64,000 bases of DNA, from assembly GCA_964016885.1 (NCBI GenBank), contig OZ024741.1:215698001-215762000 (forward strand), written 5' to 3'. Position numbers and translations under genes: made by a program. Source of the DNA: Eledone cirrhosa. Lineage: Eukaryota. Under the pieces are notes generated by a model. It was not told the DNA's origin. It saw only the letters and a list, made by a program, of their open reading frames with translations, and did no database searches. Shown piece by piece: positions 1 to 14,615 of the stretch (position 1 is its first letter; each line of letters begins with the position of its first letter).

Positions 1-1148
1 ACATATCAACCGGTGCAGTGTTTTAAAACAGAGATCAGGGAACACATATTACACTTTGCCGCAACTGGGTACATATCAACTGGTGCATGTTTTAAAACAG
101 AGATCAGGGAACACATATTACACTTTTCCGCAACTGGGTACATATCAACTGGTGCGGTGTATTAAAACAGAGACCAGGGAACACATATTACTCTTTGCCG
201 CAACTGAGTACATATAAACTGGTGCGGTGTATTAAAACAGAGATCAGGGAACACATATTACACTTTGCCGCAACTGGGTACATATAAACTAGTGCAGTGT
301 ATTAAAACAGAGATCAGGGAACACATATTACACTTTGCCGCAACTGGGTACATATCAACTGGTGCAGTGTATTAAAACAGAGATCAGGGAACACATATTA
401 CACTTTGCCGCAACTGGGTACATATAAACTGGTGCGGTGTTTTAAAACAGAGACCAGGGAACACATATTACACTTTGCCGCAACTGGGTACATATCAACC
501 GGTGCAGTGTTTTAAAACAGAGATCAGGGAACACATATTACACTTTGCCGCAACTGGGTACATATAAACTAGTGCAGTGTTTTAAAACAGAGACCTGGGA
601 ACACATATTACACTTTGCCGCAACTGGGTACATATAAACTAGTGCAGTGTTTTAAAACAGAGACCTGGGAACACATATTACACTTTACCGCAACTGGGTA
701 CATATAAACTAGTGCAGTGTTTTAAAACAGAGACCTGGGAACACATATTACACTTTGCCGCAACTGGGTACATATAAACTAGTGCAGTGTTTTAAAACAG
801 AGACCTGGAAACACATATTACACTTTGCCGCAACTGGGTACATATAAACTGGTGCAGTGTATTAAAACAGAGATCAGGGAACACATATTACACTTTGCCG
901 CAACTGGGTACATATCAACTGGTGCAGTGTTTTAAAACAGAGACCTGGGAACACATATTACACTTTGCCGCAACTGGGTACATATAAACTGGTGCGGTGT
1001 ATTAAAACAGAGATCAGGGAACACATATTACACTTTGCCGCAACTGGGTACATATCAACTGGTGCAGTGTTTTAAAACAGAGACCTGGGAACACATATTA
1101 CACTTTGCCGCAACTGAGTACATATCAACTGGTGCAGTGTATTAAAAA
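1..1148. repeat. 70-bp tandem satellite, ~16 copies, runs off the window start
   Basis: Unit attaaaacagagatcagggaacacatattacactttgccgcaactgggtacatatcaactggtgcagtgt recurs every 70 bp (e.g. 301, 371) with few substitutions. Confidence 0.97.
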
Positions 1149-1774
1149 AAAACATGTTTTACAAAATATCCTATTGCTTAACATAATTCATACGTGTAAT
1201 TTCCCAGGATAAAAAAAAATGTCTCAAACGATATATAAGCTAGTTTTTCCATTGAAGTTATTTCACTATTGATATTAATATTGTCTAATATTTGTCTAAT
1301 AAAGTCAGTTTTGTTGCTACTAAAGTAATAATTCATACTTACTTCTTTTAAGTTGACTATCATCTCATATTTACATATTTCGCTACTCTCTCATTTCTCT
1401 ATATAACTTTATTATTCATGAATGCACAATCATTATCTGATACTCCAAAGTTATTGATGTAGTTATTATTATTACAATTATTCCAAGTTTGCTCAGTTTT
1501 TAGAGTAGTGTTGATATTTAATCTTCCAATCAAGTCAAATGACCTCAGATTGAAAGCACTTTGCGCAGAATGTTCACAATTCCCAACAAAACAGATTTTT
1601 GCAGAGTAGTTATATTTGGTGAAATGCCAATTTCCTTCAAATAACATTCTAAGTTTTTGGTGACTGACCCTAATGCTCTTGTCAATAATGGTATCATTTT
1701 CGTGTTTCTGTCCCACACCCTAGCAATTTAGACTATTATCATTGTTGCTGTTGTGGTTGATGTTGTTGTTGTTG

Positions 1775-2260
1775 GGGCGTAGGATTGGTATAATTTTTAC
1801 AATGTCGTATGAAATATTTTGCGATTTTTAGTTCTGAGTTCAAATTATCGCTGTTTTATACTTTCATGGGATCGCTATTTTATACTTTCATGGGATCGCT
1901 AAAATACAGTGACAGGTAAGTACTAGAGTGTGTGTGTGTGACAACTCACACCTATGCAGGTTTAGCTGGCCTCCTCCAAGGTATATCTCGCTGGAGGTGT
2001 CTTGGGTGATTTAATGATAAGGACCTCAGTCCTATCATCTCATTTCTACAGCTGAGTAAACCGGAGCAACGTGAAATAAAGTGTCTTGCTCAAGGAAACA
2101 ACACATCACCCGGTCCGAGAATTGAACCCACAACCTTTCGATTGCAAGCCCAATGCTCTAACCACTAAGCCATGCGCATTCACAAAGAGATAAGCCGATT
2201 AAACCTACTAGAGTAGATTTAATCGACTTATCTCTACCCCAGTTTTGAGCCATGTTACTT
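1775..2260 (+). mobile_element. Old Nin/Deu-type tRNA-SINE remnant, split by a later insertion
   Basis: Decayed head (ggattggta...ttctgagttcaaat) at 1775-1928 and tail (gatttaatcgactta) at ~2205-2260 resemble the better-preserved copies at 5950 and 21250. Confidence 0.45.
2040..2183 (-). mobile_element. tRNA-derived SINE with a CORE/Meta-like body
   Basis: Minus strand: A box tggcttagtggtt, B box ggttcaattct, then tccttgagcaagacacttt...tttactcagctgtagaaatgag. Confidence 0.75.
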
Positions 2261-2493
2261 TGGTGTTCCTCGTGTTTACTCAATGTGACATCCAGAAAGC
2301 CTCATCTCATGATATTGCCGGAACACAGGGGTAATTCAACCTTGGACTTAATAAAGAACATATTTATTATAACATTAAGTAATCATTCTTATAACCGTCA
2401 GTATATATAATATATTTAATTCGGATCAAATGTGGAAACGGCCGGAGCTCAGCCATCGGGGTGCTGAATCTTTTCAAATATATATATATATAT

Positions 2494-2620
2494 TTGTTAT
2501 ACTTAGGGAGGGTCATATTATTGTAATAATATTGCCAGAAATAATAACAGAACACACTCACTGTTTGGTTGGTTTTTGCTTCTGTATCTTTTATATCTCC
2601 ATAGTTAATTTATTTGGCAA
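2494..2620 (-). mobile_element. 3'-end fragment of the Naiad-type PLE, abutting (TA)n
   Basis: Aligns with 34141-34270 and, inverted, with 38330-38450. Confidence 0.75.
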
Positions 2621-3249
2621 TCAACGTAATATATATGAATGTATGTATAGTATATTTGGCAATATACCGTATGTTTAATTAAAAACATTTAGAAGACCAT
2701 ACGCTATCAGATTGAGAGTAGTGACTATGTCACTTACTTATTTCACGTTATTTCACGTCATTTGGCGTTCATCAGAGCCACATACTCCCCCCCCCCCCTA
2801 AAATTATAGAAGCTGGATTCTTATAGAATTCCAGTATATACATGATGGTCAGTCAAAAAATATCCACACTTTCGCCGTAACATATGTTTAGGTTTGTTAC
2901 ATTGACTTCTGCTGATGCTGGATCATAGTTAGTACCATTAAGGATATGCGATCGAGGTTTTAGCTCTGATGCGCCGGTTTTCTTGCTGCTGTTACAGTGT
3001 AAACATGGTCGCTATGCTAGCAGTGTGCACCAATATGTTACCATTCCATACTCTGTCTTTTGGATTCTGATTCATAGTGATGGACCTGCGATTCATCTCC
3101 TGTATCTATTTAAAAGGTAAACAGAAATAACAAAGCAAACGACACAGTACAATGAATATATATTTCAAGCGTTAAACTAATATATTTCTCCCATGTACTG
3201 TGTTGTTTGTTTTGTTAATTTATTATTACTTTTACACACACACACACAA

Positions 3250-3411
<162 letters not shown>

Positions 3412-3443
3412 TATATACATATATATGTATGTATATATATATA

Positions 3444-3615
3444 ACAAATTTAATATAGCAATGGCTTCTACAAGACTAGAACAGTTTCATTCGAAGGAAA
3501 TCATCAGGAAAGCGATGATGATTTCCTTTGAATGAAACAGTGTTAGTCCTGTAGAAGCCATTGCTATATTAAATTTGTTGTATACATTCTACAAATGTAT
3601 TGAGTATCTTACGCC
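3444..3615. mobile_element. Fold-back PLE-derived mini-element with HHR-like core (family also at 15070-15268 and 39198-39386)
   Basis: aacaaatttaatatagcaatggcttctaca...tcatca is mirrored by tgatga...tgtagaagccattgctatattaaatttgtt. Minus arm reads CTGATGA-t-ttc-cttc-gaa-t-GAAA. Confidence 0.7.
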
Positions 3616-3976
3616 AGGCAGTCTCATCTCCTCAGTCAACCTCTGGAAATCACGACGGCTTCGGTCCATTAAGGTTGATACAGATCATACCAGTGTACAT
3701 TGGGACATAACAAAACATTCTGAGACAAGTCATGCTTTAGGGGAATTGCTACGGATTCGATGCATTATATATGTATATATGTATATATATGTATATACGT
3801 ATATATATGTATATTAGTATATATATGTATATATGTATCGTATTGCATGAGAAATTATAACAATATTTGTTTCGACACACCATTTCATATCAAAAACCTT
3901 GCAAAACAAATTTATATATCACAAACACACACATACACACACACACATATATATATATACCAACACACACACACAC

Positions 3977-4074
<98 letters not shown>

Positions 4075-4509
4075 TGAGAGGGGGAGAGGGGGAGAGAGAG
4101 AAGCTATAACTTCTACTGCTCCGCCCATCTGACCAATTTATTAACAATATTAAAAACAAAATATACGAAACAGTGTTATCAGGCTGAACTGATCAGCTGC
4201 CATTTCCTTTTGTCTTCTGTTCCTCAAACATAGAGCTGTTCTTACTCGGTGTCAGCTATTTTAGCAATATATCTCGGACACATAATATATTATTTATTAA
4301 GTTGAGAAGGTTGCTTCTTTATCTCCACCGCTCCAAACACATCACTACCAGATGCTCTTTCTAGTTTGAGGTAATTTGGTAAGTTTCTACCCATGATTTT
4401 ATCTGTCCAACATAACAAGCTCTTCTTCTCTGTTAGTTAAGATGGTTTCTTTTCTGATACAGTATCTGTAAAAGAAAGGGGCATATATATATATATGCCC
4501 AAACACACA

Positions 4510-4545
<36 letters not shown>

Positions 4546-4552
4546 TATATAT

Positions 4553-4601
<49 letters not shown>

Positions 4602-5749
4602 ACTATATATATATATGTGCTTATATATACATATACAAACATGAGTATACATATGTACATGTACACACACACACATATATACATGTATGTACATATATGT
4701 GTATATATATATATGTATGTGTGTGTATGCATGTATATATGCATATATATATCTATATATCTATATACACACACACACACGTCCAGATTACATATTCAGT
4801 ATTACTCTATTTTTTACATATTCAGTATTACTCTATTTTTTATGTAAGGTTATTACTCTATTTTTTCTGTATGGTTTTCTGTCGGCATATTTCAGTGGTA
4901 TGCAATACCATTATTTAAGTTCCAATATATTTCTGCCAAGCGTTTTAAGCAGCAGATAATATCAGCAATGGAAAGATCAATGGAAACATGGCTTCCTTGG
5001 AAAGACCAATGGAATCATGGCTTCCTTGGTTCGATCTAGTGATGGTTCCCTTTCCTCTTTGGAATTGTTTTTGCCAGTTTTTTCCTATTTCTTACCAGAA
5101 TTTTCTCAATTCTATGTGGAACATGATTCTGTCTACTTTATTGGTTTATTATCTCAGCGCTAAAATCTCTATATCTGCAAACGTTACCTTCTTAGATTCG
5201 AAGTCTTAGATTTTTCTTTTGTGTGTGTTCGTGTAAGCGTGTGTGTGTCAGTGTGTGAATCTGTGTATATGTATGTGTATGTATGCGTGTGTGTAGATTC
5301 AGTGTGTGAGTCTGTGTGTGTGCATGTATGTGTGTGGTGCGTCTGTGTGAGTGAGTCTGTGTATGTGCGTGAGCCTGTGTGTGTGCGTGAGCGTGTGTGT
5401 GTATATATGTGAGTAAGTATGTGTGTTTATGTATGCGAGTGACTCTGTGTGTGTATGTATGTGTGTGTATATGTGTGAATATGTGTGTGTGCATATGTCT
5501 ATGTATATGTGTGTGTATTTTCCTATATCATTATATATCCTTATCGTATGTAATTTTTTTTTTCTTTCGAGAAACAAATAGCAATAATTATTATTATTTT
5601 CACATATTAACTTTCTCTTCTCCTCCTCCTCCACCCCCTCACCAATATTATGTTTTTCTTTTTCCTTTTCTTAATCTTCAGTTATCTTATATTCTACATT
5701 TGTCGTGACTATTTTATTATTATTTCCCCAGTTTTCAGCAATATAACAG

Positions 5750-7372
5750 TGCCTGTTTTATTATGAGTTACCTGTGATACTATCATTACTAATATGACTT
5801 AACTAATGCAACTATATTTAGTGGTGTAATGAGTCATTCAGCTCTGCCCCTTATTATAAGATTCTGTACCCCTTATACTATCACTACTAGTACAATCTCA
5901 CTAAAGCTAATATATTTACTAGTGTGATGAGCCATTCAGCTCTACCTTCGATTGGCTGTATCGGTAGAGGGTCGGATACCATGCTTTGACGCATAGAGTT
6001 ACGGCCCTTGCCATTCTGAGTTCAAATCCTGCCGAGGTTAACTTTGACTTTCATCCCTACGGGGTCGATAAAATAAAGTACCAGTAATGCACTGGGATAA
6101 TTGCTGGCCTTGTGTCAAAAGTAGAAACAATTATAAGATTATGTACCCCTTATACTATCTCTACTAGTACAATCTAAGTAAGCTACACTATTTAGTGGTT
6201 TGATAAGCTACAATATTTAGTGGTTTGATAAGCTACTATATTTAGTGGTTTAATGAACCATTCAGCTCTAACCCTTATTATAAGATTCTGTACCCCTTAT
6301 ACTATCACTACTAGTACAATATAACTAAAGCTACTACATTTAGTGGTTTGATGAGATATTCAGCTCTACCTCTTTATAAGATTATGTACCCCTTGTACTA
6401 TCACTACTAGTACAATATAACTAAAGCTACTATATTTACTAGTGTGATCCGCCATTCAACTCTACGTCTTATTATAAGATGCTATACCCTTTATACTATA
6501 ACTACTAGTACAATCTCACTAAAGCTACTATATTTAGTGGTTTAATGAGCCATTCAACTCTACCACTTATATGATTATGTACCCCTAATACTATCGCTAT
6601 TAATATATCACTAAACTATTATATTTATTAGTTCGATGGCGCATTAAACCGTTCCTCTGACTAAAAGATTCTATACTCTAACACTATCGCTATTAACAGG
6701 ATATAACTAACCTACACACGCTTGATAAGACAAAGGTAGATGTTATATACAGGAAATCATTACGATATTGTCATAGACTTTTTACATGGAACTAATCTCA
6801 TTTCTACAATAACGAATTGCGAGGAAAATAACATTTGAGTACAACAAGCAGTAAGAGACTTTTCTTCTACTAAACTACTAAATGTTCTACTTTGATGACC
6901 AATTCAATTCTATCTCTTATACGATTCTATACCCTTAATGGTATCGTTACTAATACGATATCACTAAAGTACTAAATTTACTAGTTTGTTGACCAATTCA
7001 ATTCTATCTCTCATACGATTCTATACCCTTAATGCTATCACTACTAATATGATATAACAAAACTACTATATTTACTGGTTTGATGGCACATTCAACTCTA
7101 CCTCTTATTAGAAACTTGCCCGGTTTTATACCCTAGTACTATCGCTACTAATACGATGTAACTAATCTACTTAATTTACTAGTTTGATGACCAATTCAAT
7201 TCTATCTCTCATACGATTCTATACCCCTAGTGCTATCGCTACTAATACGACGTAACTAATAACCTATATTCACTAATTGCGTTGACCTATTTAACCCTTC
7301 CTCTTATTACAGCTTGCCTGTTCTTATACGCCAAACGATATCAGTGATAACATGATATAACTAATATACTAT
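5750..7372. repeat. ~97-bp degenerate minisatellite (continues at 8705-8800 and 9280-9460)
   Basis: ttataagattctgtaccccttatactatcactactagtacaat...ccattcagctctacc recurs at ~95-98 bp spacing; interrupted by a SINE and an RTE. Confidence 0.85.
5950..6134 (+). mobile_element. tRNA-derived SINE with Nin/Deu-like domain
   Basis: Head gattggc...gagttcaaatcc, body ctttcatccctacggggtcgataaaataaagtaccag, tail gctggccttgtgtcaaaagtagaaacaattat. About 14 copies or fragments in the window. Confidence 0.88.
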
Positions 7373-8704
7373 AGACAAGGAGATATACCGGAAATCTTGA
7401 GAAAAGGAGGAATAGTGCCTCTACCCAAGAAGGGTAACCTGAAATATACAGCAAATTACTGACGAATTAATTGTCAGTAGTTGCAGCTAAAATCTACAAC
7501 AGAATGATATTGAACAGAATAAGACTTAATCTAGACCTGAAACTCAGAAAAATCCAAATGGTTTCAAACCAAATAGATCAACTGTATCACAAATATTGAC
7601 CCTGCGAAGGCAATTGGAAGGTATCAGATCAAAGAACCTGAAAGCTGTACTAACTTTCATTGACTTTAAAAAGACTTTTGATTCCATCCATAGAGGAAAG
7701 CTTATGTCAATCTTAGTTGTATATGGTATACTTGATGTCATAGTTTCTGCTATAAATATACACTACATAATCATGAAAACTCAAGTTCTTTCTCCTGATG
7801 GTGATACCGAGGGTGTCTTCAAGGTGACACATTAGCACCATATTTTTGCTGGATTATGCTAGGAGAGAAGCCATTATTAATAAACAAGATCTTCGTTTTT
7901 CATTGACACAAAGGAGAAGTAAGCGAAACCCACCAACTGCTCTATCTGATAGTGATTTCGTTAAAGACAGCTCTCCTTTATCAAATATCATTAACCGAGC
8001 TGAAGAACATAAAGTAGAATTCTCTGCCAGAAAAATTGGTCTACATATATATGCTACCAAAGCAGAGACGGTCAGTAAACCAAGAATATGGAAATCTTGC
8101 CACACTGTTTGACAGCAAACTAAATCGAATTGATGGTTTTCTATATTTGGAAGCTGTATGAGTTCATCAAAAAAGGACATTGACATTAGAATTTCTAACC
8201 TCTAGGCTGCAATGAACAGGGAAAGGTTATGGAAGTCAAATCAAGCCAGAAAAATCAAAATACCATTATTCAGAACATCTGTTGAGTTAGTGTTGTATGG
8301 ATCAGGTACATAGACCCTGACACAAGCATTTGAGAAGAAACTAGATGCTACATTCTCTAAAATACTTAGCGTTGTACAAAACATAAGCTGGCGTCGACGT
8401 ATTACAAGTAAAAGTTTGTACGGAAACTTGCTAAAAAAAAAAACTACAATTACTTAAAGACGGTTACGATTTGCAGGATATTGCTGGATTGCTGGAAAAG
8501 TAAGCCCAAAGTTATACATAAGTTACTCTTGTAGGAACCAACTCACGGGACACACAATAGTGGAAGACCTGCTTGAACCTTCATCAATCAACTCTCAGAC
8601 AATACAAACCTGAGTAAAGAACAGTTACCAGGAGCAATGGAAAATCATGAATTGTGGAGAGACTTTGTCAGAAATGTTCAACTGTGATCGAAATGATGAT
8701 GTGT
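7373..8704 (+). mobile_element. Decayed 5'-truncated RTE-clade LINE (RT remnant)
   Basis: Fragments PKKGNL, QNGF, FIDFKKTFDSIHR, and LLxEPTHG with an in-frame stop; GAT-repeat tail; 11-bp TSD taatatactat at 7362-7372 and 8705-8715. Confidence 0.88.
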
Positions 8705-9570
8705 TAATATACTATGTTCACTGGTTTTAAATATCCATTCAAACCTGCTTCTAATTACAGCCTTGTACGATTTTACACCTGTATTATTATCGCTTTTCCA
8801 GCCACTCCCCACACTCAGACCCCAATCATACCAATCTCAAATCCTTCCTCCGCCAGCTCCATCCACCCTCAAACGCTTCTTCCACTCTTTTCGCCCTATT
8901 TGCATCCAATCGTCCTTACATCTCCCCAACCTCCTCTTCACTATTTAAAAACAAGCCTTAAACTAACATATTTCTTCATTGTACTGTGCCATGTACTATT
9001 TATATACATAGTATACTATATACACTGGTCGTGATGCCCTGTTCAACCCAGCCTCTTTTTTTTAGAATGTGTAATGTTATTTATAGAATAAGATAAATGT
9101 TGGGATCTCCATTTTCTGTTATATACATCTGAATTAGTGTATATAACCACAAGGATATGGTCCGAACGTGGAAGAGCCGAACACCCACTGTCATCGCCTC
9201 CATCTCTCTCGCCCTCCCCATCTCTTTGTATAGTGGGCAAATGGAGTCCCACGTGCTGGCCGCCCCACAGCCCCAGTCTCTTATTACAGCATTGCCTGGT
9301 CTTATAGCTGTGATGATATTGTTACTAATATGATATAACTAATATACTATGTCCACTGGTTTTAAACACCCATTCAAGCCTGCTTCTAAATATAGACTTG
9401 CACGGTCTTACATTCGTAATGCTATCACTACTAACACAGTATAAATAATATACTAAAGTGGAACTTCGGTTCAGGAACTTAATTCGTTCCTGAAGGCAGT
9501 TCACCACCTGAAATGTTAGTAAGCCGAAACTATATTTCACATAGTGAGAGAAATATAGTGAGGGAGAGAG

Positions 9571-9622
<52 letters not shown>

Positions 9623-9869
9623 AGTGATACAGTAAGATAGAGACTGAATGCGAAAGACAGATAGATATCAACATAGTAACTAACTTCAAAGCAAGTGATA
9701 CTTTCACTCCGATACTCCTGTTATCAAAGCATTGCCTCGTCTTCTGCTATTCCGGTAAATACTATTACAAATTTAATTTCATCGTGGCTCATTTGCATTC
9801 CCTGGAATCTATCCTCTATTTCCATATCTGTATTCAGATATTCATTTATATTTTAAATGTTTTCAGACA

Positions 9870-10850
9870 TATATGTTATCTCTTTCTCTCAATTTCGAGT
9901 ATATTTTTTTGACCGGCCACCTACTTGGTGGCAAGGTTGTAAAAGAAAAGAAATTGTCATCCCTTGAATCACAAGAATGTTTTGCAAATTTTGAAGGTGC
10001 CAGCTATCGCAGCCATTTGTAGACTATGAATTAGGGAGATGCGCTTTTTGTCCGCAAATCCAAGTTCAGTCATACTTTGGTCTAAGCGGGTTGGTATATA
10101 ACCCGTAGCTCCAATAATGATGGGTATGAAGCTGAAGGTGTATCTTGGATACTGGATTTGTAAACTCCTCATCAATGGTCCGGAGATGTCCTCCTTCTCC
10201 TGTATTTTTCTGACAACGTTTACATCAAGTGGGCAGCTGATCTCCACAACAGAACACGTTTTCAATGTGTGGTCCCAAACAACAATATCAGGCCGGTTCT
10301 GCTTTAATTTGGTGGCAGTTTTTATTTTCAGGTTCCACCAGTATTCCTTTGTGCCATCTGTCTCAATATATTCTTCCTCGTTTGTTGTTAATTTTGTTTT
10401 CCGAAGTGCGTTCCAGATGGTTCTAGCTATCCCATCGTGTCTCATGGGGAGGTAGTAGCGAGATGACATTCTTTCGCAGCTGGCAACAATGTGGCTTACA
10501 TCCTCGATCTTTGTTTTACATAGCCTACATTTATTGTCAGCTGCTGGCCCTCCTCTTTTGTGCAGCAGATATTTGGTAGGGAGTTCTTGTTCCTGTATTG
10601 CATAGAGATATCCCTCAAGGTGTGATGTCATAAACTTGTCGGAACTCCATGCCAGGCTTTTTGAATGGTTTATCCCCTCTATGGTCTGTGTTTTACGTCT
10701 CAAGTATCCATGCACAACTTTTTCTGTAAATTGGTCAATTTTTTGTCTTGTTTGAACATTGAATAGGATCTTCCGATTTCTCTGGGTGAGAGATTTATAT
10801 CAGGCTTTATTCCATATCACTCCTCCAGATCAGTCGCTATTCTAATGATA
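9870..10850 (-). mobile_element. 3' part of an RLE-type non-LTR retrotransposon (R4/Dong-like)
   Basis: ORF 9969-10715 has YAIQEQEL, CCHC knuckle CRLC..HIVASC, RHD and RPDIVVWD...VEISCP (PD-(D/E)xK nuclease). Upstream sequence is frameshifted and truncated. Confidence 0.85.
9969..10715 (-). pseudogene. Zinc knuckle plus restriction-like endonuclease C-terminus (no RT)
   Basis: 248-aa open segment with the motifs listed above. Confidence 0.8.
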
Positions 10851-10879
10851 TTTTTTTTTTAAGTATGTATGTATGTATG

Positions 10880-11310
10880 TGATTTTGGATGGCCATTGAC
10901 TCAAGGCAGAATTCTAGGAGAAGGAAAACTCTGATATAACACCTGCAACTCTGATGGTATCCAATGATGTTGACTTGTTCTTCTTTTTGGTAAATATCAT
11001 CTTGGTTAAGAGAGTGGGACTAGCTTTGTGCAGTGCCCTTGCTCACTATAAAAGCTTCACGGCACAGGCATTGCTTTGTATCTGGAGATCTCTCTGCACT
11101 TGTCGTCACATGGTACCATGGGCCCAGCACTCTGTGTCAATAATTGTCCCAAGTGTAGCGTTTGTACCAGAGTTTTCAAGTCGCTGGCTGGACTAAAAAG
11201 TCACACTCATTCAGCGCATCGGTAGGGGTTCTCCTACATGGATATTAAAGTAGTGGCCGTACTCGAAAACGAGTTTGCAGCCACCATGTATGTATGTATT
11301 TATGTATGTA
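10880..11310 (+). mobile_element. Internally deleted RTE-derived element (5'UTR piece + 3' end) flanked by (TATG)n
   Basis: RTE-like 5'UTR motif ctaggagaaggaaaactctga; terminal C2H2 remnant CSVCTRVFKSLAGLKSHTHSAH* at 11154-11225; short 3'UTR; (ATGT)n tail. Confidence 0.55.
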
Positions 11311-11780
11311 TGTCGGGTCACTCTTGAGTGCTACTGGTAACATGTAACCCAGTACAACATGTCGCATGGTCGGGTCGTCGGCGATTAAACCAGCAACCCC
11401 ACCAAGTTTACTTGGTGAGGAGGGTGATTTGGGACACCCTGCAGGACAAAAAACAAAATCTGACAAAGGGCGGAAGAACACATAAGAGTCAACGGCCATC
11501 CAAAAGTGTGTAAATATGTATATACACATGTACATATGTGTGTATATGTATATGCGTATATGTATGGGTGAATGTGCGCGGGGACATAGAAATAGTCGTG
11601 CTGGTTCTCCTTTTCGGGCTACAGCTACTGTCGCTCAGAGAGCGGGATTGGCTCAGTGCACAGTCTTTCCTCACTTTAAAAATAGTGTATCCCAATATGG
11701 TCAATTAATCCCCTTCAGGTAGTGTCCAGGCATAGCCGAAGTCTAAAGACTGAAACCAGTAAACGAATAAATAAACTAGT

Positions 11781-11933
<153 letters not shown>

Positions 11934-11979
11934 TAAAATAATGAATAAACAAAGAAACAGTTCCTTATATTAAAAAAAT

Positions 11980-12121
11980 TCATCATTTTACGATCGTTTC
12001 TAGGATATATATGTGTTAGAGTTGGTATGCATATTCTATAGATCTATGTACAATATTTATACAAACTATCAGAGAGAATATACATACCTACACATATATA
12101 TGCTGTCTTCAGAAATAATGA
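11980..12121 (-). ncRNA. Type-I hammerhead ribozyme with long stem II (pLTR)
   Basis: Reverse complement of the 14616-14757 motif. Confidence 0.72.
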
Positions 12122-12816
12122 TATTTGTTTATTGAAAAAAACAAAGATTCAATACAATAGGTCTGTTTGGGAACAGGTTTTGAATTGACCAATAGAGAGA
12201 TAGTGAGGGTCAGGATAGTAATATAGTAGTAGAAGAACCTTAAATTATGGGTAGAGGAAGGTAGATTTCAGTTTTGGATGGAAAAGAATATTATGAATGA
12301 AGGATTATTTTAGGGAAGAAATAGGTCTTATGCTGACCTCAGAAATAATTTTATTTTTTCATTGAATAAAACCAACAAAGATCTAATATATTCTGTCTGT
12401 TTGGTAAGAGGTTTAGAATTAACCAATAGAAAGTTAATAATTGGCCAAATGGTAAAATAGTAGTAATTGAAGCTTATTTTAGGGGTGAAAGTAGGTCAGG
12501 TGGTCAGTAAAAGGTATACAAGCAGTTGCTGTTATAAAATAGTAATGCCAATACAAATATCTAAGGTGACTAAAGTTTTAAGATAAGAATGTTAGTGAAA
12601 AAAATACATCTATGAAAAGAATATAAATTAATTTAATTGATGGGTATATTTATATTGATAAAATTATACTAATACATATAGATATGATAAATAAAATTTA
12701 GATGCAGTTGAAAAGTGCTGTTAAAGATGAGGGGAAATTAAAAGAATATAAAAATAATATATATATATATATATATATATACTTATACATATATATATAT
12801 ACATATATATACACAT

Positions 12817-12857
<41 letters not shown>

Positions 12858-12936
12858 TATACATATATATACATATTTATACATATATATACACATACAC
12901 ACACACACATACACACATATATATATATACATATAC

Positions 12937-13009
<73 letters not shown>

Positions 13010-13530
13010 GATATATACATGCACATATACATACATACACATACATATACACACACATATACACTTATATATACATATAATTATTGGGGGGGGGGGGATT
13101 AAATTTATTAGTGAGAAATAGTAAATATATATAGTTTTCAAGGAACATAGAGTCATAACCTGAAGTTAAAGCATTATATATGTTTACTTAATGGTATCAG
13201 TTTTAGGAAATGATATTTGTAAGAAGGAAAGCAAAATTATGTAGTTCATCAGTAGTAGAATATTAATTATAGGTGAACTGAATTAAAAATAGTTTATATA
13301 TTAATTTCAAAAGTGTATATTAATTAGGTTTATAATTTTTAAAGCAGAATTATGTACTTCATCAGTAGTAGAATATTAATTATAGGTTAACTAAATTAAA
13401 AATAATTTATAAATTAATTTCTAAAGTGTATATTAATTATGTTTATAATACTTAAAGGTTTTTCTCAGTTTATCATTACACGATATTATTAATTCCTGTC
13501 GCTTATTTAATAGGATATCCTTAGATTTCA

Positions 13531-14588
13531 TTATTTCAAAAAGTTCTTGGGAACATAATCTACATTCATTTCTACTATTTTGATAAGGGTAGCCCTTTTG
13601 AGCACACTCCAGGTCAGGTCATATTCTATATTCCTCTTTCTATAACTATTTATTATTTCAGCTAGAGATGTTGTATTAGCTAGTGCGGGATTTTTAAAAC
13701 TATGTTTGTGGGTATTAAATCTTACCTTAAATTTGTTAGAGGTAGCTCCTATATATGAATAAATTGAGTCCTTAGTGTTAACTTTACATTTATATACTAT
13801 GTTATTAACAAGGCAATTACCTTTTAATGGACAGTTTGCCTTGTTTCTACAGTTACAACTTTTCGTGAATCCTGTATCTGAGGAGATATTATGGTTAGTT
13901 TGATGTACTGGTGGTATACTCATGGTTTTTTTACATTTATATGCATTATAGGCACTTATATTTTGTTTTATGTTTTTGGTTGTTGAGTAGGAGAATTTAA
14001 CCGTTGATCTATTTAAGATTTGATGGTATTTGTGGTTTGGCGGGAAGTTTTTTTCTAGGATATTAAAGAATTTTTTAGGTATATCATCCTTAATTTGTAA
14101 ATTAAATGGAGCATTGTACCAAGTAACTCGTCTATTACGGTTTCGATGTTGTTTATTGTTTTTATAGGATGCATCCTGATGTTTATTAAGAGAATTATTG
14201 TTAATGACCTCACCACACACATTTTTAGTTAGATTTATTGATTTAGGTGTTTTAACTTGTATATTAGGACTTTTATTATTAACATTTATTAGAGTTGTAG
14301 GATGAGTAGTTTTTTGAGAGTTACTATACTGTATATTAGAAGAGTTAGAGAAATTTGGTTTTATGTTGGTGTTTTGGGGTATAGTGTGAGTGGCATTTAG
14401 GTGTGTATGTTTCATTTGGTGTTTGTTGGTAATATTAGGTTGTATGTTTGTAGTGTTATTGGTAGAAGGTATATATACTAATCTATTTTTGTGGCCACTT
14501 CTAGCTAGAGCTTCGTTATAAAAGGTCGCATTTTTATCAAATACATCTTGGTTAGACGAAAGGTTAGAAATTCTAAGTGATATATTAT
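13531..14588 (-). pseudogene. PLE thumb/linker plus GIY-YIG endonuclease remnant
   Basis: Motifs above; the upstream LRISNLSSNQDVFDKNATFYNEALARSG-like segment parallels ORF 56678-56920. Confidence 0.82.
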
Positions 14589-14615
14589 ATCTTTGTTTTT
14601 TTCAATAAACAAATA

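Noticed and set aside
1-1148. Regular repeat resembling a CRISPR array or a repeat protein
   Set aside because: No unique spacers, the 70-bp unit is not a multiple of 3, and the context is eukaryotic.
1399-1716. 105-aa minus-strand ORF in unique sequence
   Set aside because: No recognisable motif, non-ATG start and only a weak acceptor; cannot be supported as an exon.
2040-2183. Possible tRNA gene
   Set aside because: A and B boxes are present but the sequence continues into a SINE body and lacks a full cloverleaf; the same applies to the other SINE heads.
2728-2783. Minus-strand CTGATGA...GAAA hammerhead candidate (similar weak cases at 32720-32790, 62660 and 63473)
   Set aside because: Stems I and III do not pair convincingly or the core is mutated; not counted.
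11313-11395. HDV-like ribozyme at the RTE-like 5'UTR
   Set aside because: I could not build the nested double pseudoknot by eye.
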